64,000 bases of DNA. It comes from Laetmonice hystrix. Taxonomy: Eukaryota. Below, piece by piece: positions 1 to 9,238 of the stretch (positions within the stretch are counted from its first letter, which is position 1; each line of letters begins with the position of its first letter). The notes beneath the pieces were generated by a model. That model was not told the DNA's origin. It searched no databases and was given only the letters and a program-made list of their open reading frames with translations. The translations under genes were made by a program, and so were the position numbers. The DNA lies in contig OZ249437.1 of assembly GCA_965235115.1 (NCBI GenBank), positions 46,066,001-46,130,000 on the forward strand, in the 5' to 3' direction.

Positions 1-765
1 TCATCGCAATTTCCTTCACTCCCACCACTGAGTTGAAAGGGAGGAAGTCAGCTGTCAGGACGATTAAATACTGTATTCTCAGCCGATAATCTGGTTATAC
101 GAGAGCCTAAATCTGACAATTTGCCATTCCTTGTCAGCTCTACCAGCGACAAGAGAATACTAGGACCTCAGCAATCGGACTGCATACTTACGGATTGGTA
201 CGGGGGAGTTACACTGCAATGCGATAGTAAAGCTGGTAAAGGATTCCATATAGCAGTAGGGATTGCTTTGCAAGACTATACATGTCTGTAAACTCATTGT
301 CCCTGTTCAACAACTCATGTGCTTTGTTTCATTCATTAAAAAAACATTGTAGCTCTAATAAAGACGTATCCTGCTTCAGGATATCAAATTATTATCTTTT
401 TTAAGGTTATCTGCATACTTTATTGTCTAAACTGAGGTATTTAATTATTTTTATTAAATCAAGACAGTTCCACGAGGAGCCAGGAGTGCAGGATGAAGCT
501 ATTCTTATGAGCATTCTTTCCCAGCCCTTATATGGACCGGGAAAGTTACATGTATGCATGTCTTCAAATAGCTCGTACCTGGGCCATAGCTAAGACAAAG
601 GTATCTGTATGTCAACTCCCAAGTCAGCTAGTCTGTGATTCCAAACCCACACTTCTGTTTACTTGTGTTTCCATCACCTCACATAAACATTGCTAGGCCT
701 GGCCATCCCATAGAGCCTCCCGAGCTGCCCTCATGGGGGCAGCACATGAAAGAGGGCTTTGTTAC

Positions 766-894
766 TGGGGAACAAAAGGCATGAGACACATGCCTGCCTG
801 TCAGTGGCGGCAGCTGCTGCAAAGGAGGCACCATGGGCGAGCCCATCTTGGAGCCGTCGTACAGCAGCCGGACTGAGCCTCAACATCTCACGTC
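766..894 (-). CDS. Possible internal exon of the secreted protein gene (tentative)
   Basis: Acceptor ctttgtcag|G at 895-896 and donor CCCA|GTAACA at 764-765. 129 nt, phase 1/1, open frame (G)REMLRLSPAAVRRLQDGLAHGASFAAAAATDRQACVSCLLFP. No recognisable domain, and linkage to the upstream exon is not established. Confidence 0.25.
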
Positions 895-2092
895 CTGACA
901 AAGATTGCCTCTGTTTTCGTAATATATGCTGCTGGTATGTACTCCACTACGACAGCCTGCACAATACATTTACTTCACCAACACACGGAAACTATTACCA
1001 TTACTTTATCTGTCATCATCTACCAACTAAATTATACGGGGTGTAAAAAGAGCTATAGTTCACAAATATGACCGCTTTTACACATTGCATAATTTACAAA
1101 TATCAGTAATTTTACGCAATTTCATTTATTTTTCACAACAGCGTTCCCTCCCTCTCACACGACATTTTCTCACATCAAGGTTCTTTCATCTTTGTTAGGT
1201 GAAATTTTACTGACTTGACAGGACCACGTGAGATAAAGGAAAAACTGATGACTACATCAAAGAGACAGTGTGTGACTGCTGTATATCACCGCTTACTTTA
1301 CAATCTGGGTGTTGACAACTGTTTCGAATCGTACGTCACTTCCAGATATCTACAGCACAGAATTGGCACAGCTGCGATGGGATGACATCTCATCAGTTAC
1401 CTACAGCGCTGTTAATGTTAAGTTTATACTGAGACCCTATGTTTTAAATTCAAATTTTAATTAAAACATTGAAAAGTTCCTCCCGACTTTACATATTAAA
1501 GAGAATATATAGAAATTCCCTTGCAAAAAAGACACCCGTTTAAAAAGACTAGAGCAGACTTACAATAAAAGAAATGAGTGTAACGATTTCAGTCTAGATT
1601 GGTCACGGCCTTTCGTCCTCACCAGGCAGCCAGATCCTCGAAAGATCTGTGCAATAGTACTTTAGCACAACGCCTTTACTGTTCTAACTTGTTTAATTAT
1701 TTACGGAGACCAAATAAAGGAAGTCCTGCCGTCAGAGCCATGTAACCTTCAATCTCCTTGTGTATTTTCAGAAAGGGTGTCACCTTCGCCTGTGTCGGAG
1801 ATTTTGTCAGAAATGTTGCTCCCTGATAAACACTATAACATACATTTCCAGGCCTGCAGTAGTTGTTAGGCCTAAACAAAAAATTCCTACCCCCTACTGG
1901 CCTGTCAAAGACATCAAAGTAACAGACACGCTATTCTATTCCTATCATACTATACTCTATATCCTTCAAATAATTTAAAAAAAATTGAAATCTATAAAAA
2001 TTTAGAAACTACCCCCCCCCCCAAAAAAAAGGAGAAGAAAAACAACCTGGGCGGTTTTTTCAATCTCCATAATGCAGTGTGGATGGACTCAC

Positions 2093-2405
2093 CTCGCGTC
2101 CTGTTTCTCCTGGGCAATAAATTGGCTAGGTGACTCTCGACAAACTTAGTCTCATTCAAGGTTCCCAAGACATTGGACAGGAGTACTTCTGGAGTTGTCT
2201 CCAAGGTGGTCTGACTGCCCGTGGTGGTCAGTACTGGAGTGGTGCTGGCAGCGGTGCTGGTGGCAGTGGTGGCGGTGGTGGTGGTGGTGGTGGCAGTGGT
2301 GGTTGGGTCGTCATCAAAGTCCAGCGACACGAGGAACTCCTCCACTGAGTGGACAACGGCAAGCGCTCCCACCAGGAACAGCCATGTCAATCCCCTCCAG
2401 ATCAT
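2093..2405 (-). CDS. First coding exon of a secreted/mucin-like Thr-rich protein (gene runs toward the left edge)
   Basis: MIWRGLTWLFLVGALAVVHS is a typical signal peptide. It is followed by an acidic patch and a Thr/Ala-rich (ACC/GCC) tract. Strong donor CGAG|GTGAGT at 2091-2092. Acceptor aacatag|GATCAACATG at 2413-2414 implies an upstream non-coding exon. Confidence 0.7.
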
Positions 2406-4382
2406 GTTGATCCTATGTTAATCCTATTAATTACTCGTGTAAGGGACCTGTAATCCCTCCGTCCCTGTACTACCTCGGCTCTGGTCCTTCTGTTCCCGGC
2501 TCGATGTCTCCAGAGAGGGTCTTCTGCCTGGATTGATGATGTCAGAGATCTTCCCACCTTCTAGTGTTTCACCAGAGGCTGGCATCAGAGGCCAGAGAGG
2601 GTGAGAGGGGCGATTCTCATACCCCCACGAATCCTGAACATCTGGCTCCACCCTCAGCACATACAGAGGGCCATTATGTGCCCCTTAAAACACCCCAAGC
2701 TAGGACACCCAGAAGAACCTCAACAACAACGTGAAAAAAGTATCAATCATCCAAAGAAAAAAAAAGCGACCTCCCGTCTGTGTGATGTGCGAGGGCCGTG
2801 GGGTCCGGTTACAACCTAAGTGGATCCAGAGGATGCGACCGTATCCCGACACGGTGACCAGTTCGAGAAGTTCCTGTCGGCGACAACTCTTCACTGCGCA
2901 AGGGTTAACACAACCGGCGTCGCTGTCATGGTTCGATCTGATGGCAGAAAATTCCTCCCAGGGAGGTCGACGTCGGTCCTCAGACTCCAGGAATATTGGG
3001 GGATTCCTGGTTCTCCTTGAACAGTCCACAGCCTACCTCTCGCTCGGACTGGGTGGACGTGTTGAGTGGCCCTGAGTCTGGACTCAGTGGTATACGGTCG
3101 TAATTATGTGCATACATGGAGTGTGGGACATGTAGCCCTCCAGCTACCCCGATATGTGTGTCATCAGCGCCTTTTAGTGACATACCTGCCGGCTTCCCAC
3201 ACCTTGGGCACCAACAATGGTTCCTGCTCCCTGAATAGATGGTCATTGGTGGTGAGGTCTTTCCGATGACGAGTTAGAGGAATTGATGAGCCTAATGACT
3301 GACGTTATACCGTGGGCAGAGCAGGTTAGTCCTGTCTCATTGTCTATCTCTATGTCCTTTACTGGTATCTTCAAGGACATGAACCTGATGAGTCTATGTT
3401 AATGAGTAACTGAGACATGTCATTAAAGACTGTTACTGGCAGTGTGCGAGATTGATCATTGACCTTTTCGTCGCCTCAAGGTAGCTGCTATGGGACATTA
3501 ATTTTCAACTTCAGGAAAACTATGACATCAATTTGGTCAATTTAATTTAAATGTGAGAAAAAAAGACATCGATTGCTGCTCGGTCAATGAAAATGATATA
3601 CATATCTTTATGAATGACAGATGTCGCGTTTCCGTCAATCGTTTTTTTTTTACTACAGTTCGGTTTTTCTTGCCCACCCTGTAACGAAATTTGCTGTGTG
3701 TGGCCCGGATGACAGAACATGGTTTTACCGATAGTTCACCCAGATGTCACATCCTGACTTCGGTACCAAGGGGAGAAAAGTACGCCGGAAAGCACTGACC
3801 ATGATCGCCGATCCCAATACCACATTTGTGACCAATAATTTTCTGCCATCGTGCTTTTTGTACCATCATTTTAAATCATTCCATCATGATCACCACAACT
3901 TCACCGCAATTTCTGCCTATAATAACGCCGGCCCAGCCAAAGGAAACTACGAGAAAGAAAAGAAGTAAAAATTGATAATATGGCGGGACCATTTCCAGGT
4001 AGAAATGCCATACTGTGAAGTGGGCGCGGATATCGTAGGAATTGCCAACACCAATCACTGAAAGGAAGAGATGGGACTAAGCTGGACCAAGTAAATTTGA
4101 TAACTTTATAGTTTGGGACATTATCGCAAGCCTTTTACTCAACTACACATATATAGAAACCTGAATATGTGTAGCTTAGATTGCGAAACATATATCACAC
4201 AGAAAGTGGTTTTCTTATCTCGACTGAGACTGGTTGGTAAAGGCTAATTTCGTGCTGCACAAGTACAAACGTTAAATGTCTAATTTCATTGCCAGTCATG
4301 AGATGTCCTGACCCTCTCACCTCAGAGACTTCCAGGTTGTCATAAAACCCCTGGTGACACCACTTCACCATGTGACTGTCCA

Positions 4383-5010
4383 CAGTGTCCCCCCGTCACG
4401 TAACTGTCCCTGATCTGACGGTGTCCCCAGTCATGTGACTGTCCCTGATCTGACGGTGTCCCCCCGTCACGTGACTGTCCCTGATCTGACGGTGTCCCCA
4501 GTCATGTGACTGTCCCTGATCTGACGGTGTCCCCCCGTCACGTGACTGTCCCTGATCTGACGGTGTCCCCCCGTCACGTGACTGTCCCTGATCTGACGGT
4601 GTCCCCCCGTCACGTGACTGTCCCTGATCTGACGGTGTCCCCCAGTGACGTGACTGTCCCTGATCTGACGGTGTCCCCCCGTCACGTGACTGTCCCTGAT
4701 CTGAGCGTGTCCCCCCGTCACGTGACTGTCCCTGATCTGACGGTGTCCCCCCGTCACGTGACTGTCCCTGATCTGACGGTGTCCCCCCGTCACGTGACTG
4801 TCCCTGATCTGACGGTGTCCCCCAGTGACGTGACTGTCCCTGATCTGACGGTGTCTCCCCGTCACGTGACTGTCCCTGATCTGAGCGTGTCCCCCCGTCA
4901 CGTGACTGTCCCTGATCTGACGGTGTCCCCCCGTCACGTGACTGTCCCTGATCTGACGGTGTCTCCCCGTCACGTGACTGTCCCTGATCTGACGGTGTCC
5001 CCCCGTCACG
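4383..5010. repeat. 36-bp minisatellite, ~17 copies
   Basis: Unit GTCACGTGACTGTCCCTGATCTGACGGTGTCCCCCC. Variants (cccagtgacg, ctgagcgtgt) recur at 180-bp spacing, i.e. a 5-unit higher-order duplication. Confidence 0.97.
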
Positions 5011-5267
5011 TCCTATCTCCAGGCAGATTGACATGTTCGGTACAATGTTACAAGTGAAATCTCGACAGGTAACATGGGGAGGTTTTACCTACACGTCTCT
5101 GGCAGCGCTGGCCACAAATCACCTTCAGGGATACGGTGTTATATCTTACTGTAAATAGTTCTCCGTGGGACCGATAAACTGCACAATTCAGGAACTTCAC
5201 TTTTCTTCTTTTTAAAATGAGTGACTGTTTCGTTGAACGAACTTTTTCAATGTATTCAATCTTATGC

Positions 5268-5302
5268 TTGATTGATTGATTGATTGATTGATTGAGTTTA
5301 TT
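5268..5302 (-). repeat. LINE 3' terminus: AATAAA + (TCAA)7 microsatellite tail
   Basis: Plus strand reads (ttga)x7 then g-tttatt. Short-tandem tails are typical of CR1/L2-group LINEs. A hairpin AAGCCA-CGTA-TGGCTT lies at 5387-5402. Confidence 0.88.
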
Positions 5303-5582
5303 CCGCCATCTAATAATACATGCATTCAATATATCGCTATTCTATTATAGAAAAATATGATACCTATAGATGTGGAAAGGGATGTGAAGCCATACGTGGC
5401 TTATGAATCCCTAAAGTTCAATATTAACTTATCAACATCGACTGGTTATAATTAATGTGGTGTGTACACGTTACATATACTGATTGATATGCAATACCAT
5501 GAAGTAACTCCAGGCAGAGTAAGATTTGGCCGGAACAAAACAACAACAAAAACAAAAAACAAACAAACAAACAGAAAAGTAT

Positions 5583-8500
5583 CTAGAATGTATGACCACA
5601 TAATAACAGTTTTTTGAGACGTGCTTTAAATGCTCCAATACTACATCGGGTATCGATGTTTGAATATATTTTGTTATAAATTGCCACCCCTTTAAATTTT
5701 AGTGTTTTGTATGTAAAAGACATTTTTCCAATTGGATTATGAAAATAATGTGATTGTCTTGTTGCGTGTCTATGAACATCAGAATTGAGTATAAAGAAGC
5801 TGTCAAACGGGTGTGGTTGTTCTCCATTAATAAATGAATGCATAAAGCACCCAATATTATAGGTATATAAATTATTTATCGTGAGGATACGTTTTTCTTT
5901 GAAATACGGTTCAGAGTGAGCTAGTTTGGGCACACCTGATATTAGTCTTATAATCTTTTTTTGGAGTTTTACCAGTGGGTCGAGTACTGTTTTATTTGCA
6001 CTCCCCCAAGCTGTTATGCAATAGTTTAAGTATGGGTAGATAAAAGAGTAATAAAGTGTTAAAAGTGTTTCCTTTTTTACAAATTTACGCGCTTTCGTAA
6101 TTATTCCTATATTTTTAGCAATTTTTCCTTTAAGGTACTGGATGTGTTTCCTCCAAGTCATATTTTCATCCAATACTACTCCTAAAAATTTTATTTGTTC
6201 AACCTTTTCTACTTTTACATCCATTATTTTTATTGTAATATCTTGAAGAGGTCTACTATTTTTAGTTATATTGAATATCATAAATTTTGTTTTTTTTACA
6301 TTTAGCGAAAGTTTATTTGCATGTAACCATTTTACAATTTCTTTTAGTTCTTGGTTGATTATGTGTTCCATTTCTTTAAGATTTTTTCCATGTAAAAAGA
6401 AGTCACTGTCATCTGCAAACATTATAGGTGTCATTATCTTTGATACTCGTGAGAGATCGTTTACATAAAGTAAGAATAAAAGAGGGCCCAGAACAGAACC
6501 CTGGGGGACACCACATCTTAGGTTTTGATCGCACGATGTTTCTTTTTGGTACGTTACCCTTTGCGTTCGATTGTATAAATAATTTTGAAACCATTTTAAA
6601 GCAACCCCCCTAATTCCATAGTGTTCAAGTTTTCTAAATAGAATTCCATGATTAACGGTATCAAATGCTTTTGAGAAGTCTAAAAATAATCCAATGGTTT
6701 TGTCGCCATTCTCTAATGCCGTTGCTAGGTTTTCGATAAGTAATTGCAATGCATGAGATGTAGAATGTTTTTTTCGAAAACCAAACTGATATTGATAGAG
6801 TATATTATTTTGTTCCAAGAAATTGATGCATCTTGCATAAATAACTTTCTCTAATATCTTTGAAAAGGCGGGCAGCAATGAAACAGGTCTATAGTTGTCA
6901 AATATGTCAGGCTTGCCGTTCTTAAATAGTGGTATTACAGTTGCTTTCTTGCATTGATGTGGAACAATACCCGTTGTGAGGGATAAATTGATGATATGCT
7001 CTAGCGGGTCAAGGTAATATTTTGCGGTGTCCTTGACAATATTTGGAGAGATGTTATCCCATCCCGGACTAGATTTTTTTAACGAGTTTATAATCATGGA
7101 TAGTTCTTCTTTGTCAACTGGATTTAGAAAGATGCTATGCAAGTTCCTATCACCTAGGTAGGCCATGGGACTACTATCAACTTCCGGTATACTTTCTGAG
7201 AGGTTTGGGCCTATTTGTACAAAGAAATCATTAAATTTATTGGCTATATCCTTTTTGTTCGTGAGAGTGTGTCCTTTGTACTGGTACTTATGCGATATTT
7301 TATTTTCCCTATTTTTATTTAGAATGCCTTTTAATATCTTCCATGATTTATTTAGGTTATCCTTATTATTTCTAAACATTTCATCATAGTAATCCCTTTC
7401 CGCAGATTTTAATATCTTGTTCAGTAGACATTTATATCGTTTGTAGTTGAGTTGGTTTGCCTCAGTGGGGTATTTTTTTGATTTCTTGTATAACTTATTT
7501 TTATTTTTTATAGAACTTTTTAGAGCTCCAGTTAGCCAGTGTAGTTTATTCTTATATCCAATTTTAATTACCTTTTCAGGAAATGATTCATTATAAGACT
7601 TTAAAAAGATATTTTGAAATATATCAAATCCTTCTTGGGTATCTAGTACTTGTAGTACAGGTGCCCAATTAAGAGCTTGGAGTTTTTCTTCGAATTTTCT
7701 TATATTCGCTGGGTTAATTATTCGTATTGTTTTTGTTTTAGAGATACTCTTTTCTTTTATATCATGTTTGGTGATTGTATATATCGGAAAATGGTCGGAT
7801 ATGTCAGTTATTAATATTCCATTCATATTTTCGCTATTAGTGTTATTAGTGAAGATATTATCAATTAAAGTGGCTGAGGTCTTGAATACTCTGGTAGCTT
7901 TGGTTATCAGTGGCATATAACCATAGGTGAACAATAAATTCAGGAAGTCGTTAGTTGGGATATGTTTTTCGTAATTAAATAAATTGATGTTGTAATCCCC
8001 CATTAAGTAAACTATCTTTTTTTCACTTGTCAGTTTTTGTAGTATATCATTTAAGGATTGAATGAATAATTTTATGTCAGAGTTTGGAGGTCTGTATACA
8101 ACTCCAATCAGTACATTTTCTGGAGTTCCAAAAATTTCTTTTCCTAATTCTATAAAGGTTGTTTCAATATAGCAATCTAGCACTTTCAAGTCTTGCCTTT
8201 CATCAAATTTAAGAGATTCATAAATACAAATTGTCACTCCTCCTCCTTTGTTGCTTTTTCTAAAGTTATTAATCAGTTTATACCCTTCTAGCGTATATCT
8301 ATCAACAGTCGACTCATTGAACCAGGTTTCAGTCAAACCAATAATAGGAAACTTGTGATTTAAAAGCGTGAGATGATTACGTAATTGATTAAGATTTTTA
8401 GCTATACTTCTTACATTCAAGTGTAGCATGGACAGTGACGTAGTTGGAGAGGTGTTAAAATTTTCATATGCTGTGTTAAATTCATCATCTAGTGTTATGA

Positions 8501-8882
8501 TGCATTCTCCAGATGTTTTGTCCAATATATCTTTAAAGTAGTTAGCATCTGGATCGAAATCCCCTAGAATGCCTTCATGTTCCTCATTTCCTATCTCATA
8601 TGGCCTAAAGGTCATGGTTTCTAGTTCAGTTATTGGAGGCATCGTTTCATTAAACCAAACTTCCGAAATTGCTGCTATAAATTCATCAGTGTCGTTAAGA
8701 TGATTGAAAGGAAATATTCCATTAAAGCAGGTTTGACATAACCACTGTCGATCCCTATAAGATACTTGTGGAATACATTCAATGTGAAATGGTTTACAAC
8801 AATCTGTACATCTTAGAGTCCTCGATTGAGGTACAATTATATTACAACAAAAGTTACATTCATTTGGTGCTGTAGTTGTCAT
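5583..8882 (-). CDS. LINE ORF2 (1099 aa): N-terminal PHD finger, AP-type endonuclease, reverse transcriptase
   Basis: EN motifs HLNVRS, GLTETW, VYRPP, MGDYNIN, LIDNIF, ISDHFP. RT motifs KSSPGWD, NYRPVSLL, QFGFR, LDFSKAFDTV, GVPQGSVLGPLLFLLYVNDL, FADD, KFLGV. C4HC3 pattern at aa 9-52. No stops or frameshifts. Confidence 0.97.
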   Translation of the reverse strand: MTTTAPNECNFCCNIIVPQSRTLRCTDCCKPFHIECIPQVSYRDRQWLCQTCFNGIFPFNHLNDTDEFIAAISEVWFNETMPPITELETMTFRPYEIGNEEHEGILGDFDPDANYFKDILDKTSGECIITLDDEFNTAYENFNTSPTTSLSMLHLNVRSIAKNLNQLRNHLTLLNHKFPIIGLTETWFNESTVDRYTLEGYKLINNFRKSNKGGGVTICIYESLKFDERQDLKVLDCYIETTFIELGKEIFGTPENVLIGVVYRPPNSDIKLFIQSLNDILQKLTSEKKIVYLMGDYNINLFNYEKHIPTNDFLNLLFTYGYMPLITKATRVFKTSATLIDNIFTNNTNSENMNGILITDISDHFPIYTITKHDIKEKSISKTKTIRIINPANIRKFEEKLQALNWAPVLQVLDTQEGFDIFQNIFLKSYNESFPEKVIKIGYKNKLHWLTGALKSSIKNKNKLYKKSKKYPTEANQLNYKRYKCLLNKILKSAERDYYDEMFRNNKDNLNKSWKILKGILNKNRENKISHKYQYKGHTLTNKKDIANKFNDFFVQIGPNLSESIPEVDSSPMAYLGDRNLHSIFLNPVDKEELSMIINSLKKSSPGWDNISPNIVKDTAKYYLDPLEHIINLSLTTGIVPHQCKKATVIPLFKNGKPDIFDNYRPVSLLPAFSKILEKVIYARCINFLEQNNILYQYQFGFRKKHSTSHALQLLIENLATALENGDKTIGLFLDFSKAFDTVNHGILFRKLEHYGIRGVALKWFQNYLYNRTQRVTYQKETSCDQNLRCGVPQGSVLGPLLFLLYVNDLSRVSKIMTPIMFADDSDFFLHGKNLKEMEHIINQELKEIVKWLHANKLSLNVKKTKFMIFNITKNSRPLQDITIKIMDVKVEKVEQIKFLGVVLDENMTWRKHIQYLKGKIAKNIGIITKARKFVKKETLLTLYYSFIYPYLNYCITAWGSANKTVLDPLVKLQKKIIRLISGVPKLAHSEPYFKEKRILTINNLYTYNIGCFMHSFINGEQPHPFDSFFILNSDVHRHATRQSHYFHNPIGKMSFTYKTLKFKGVAIYNKIYSNIDTRCSIGAFKARLKKLLLCGHTF

Positions 8883-9238
8883 AGTGTTAAAATGCCCTTA
8901 TTTATAGTGTAAATAGCTCAAATGCTATACCGGAAAAAGAAGAAGAAAAAAAAACAAAAACAAAACATACGTATATAATACAGTCAGTTCTGAGGCATAC
9001 CATTGCCAAGAAGCCTATGTAGTGTTAACATGACTACCCGGCGCACAGCGGTAAGTGTAAGCTACTCATGTAAGAATGGGGTCAACAAGGTCAACACAAG
9101 CCCACCACTCCAAGGCTGTACCTGAACGCCGACATGCACATGTACTCGCAATGCGGACCACCGATGCAGTCAGGGGTAGTCAGCCCCGTAGACACAATAG
9201 AAGAGCATGTTACTTAATGAACGGTAGAGTACATTTGA

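Noticed and set aside
2130-2421. Plus-strand poly-Gly/poly-Trp/poly-Val ORFs
   Set aside because: Antisense shadows of the (ACC)n Thr-rich coding exon.
2700-3300. GC-richer stretch with several 66-114 aa ORFs and a donor-like AG|GTATGT near 3184
   Set aside because: No recognisable protein motif and no consistent acceptor or phase.
4396-5057. Three long ORFs (212, 180 and 183 aa) with 12-aa periodicity
   Set aside because: They result from a stop-free 36-bp repeat that is open in several frames on both strands. No splice signals or domain support.
6271-7389. Small ORFs overlapping LINE ORF2
   Set aside because: Alternative-frame or antisense shadows of the RT coding sequence.
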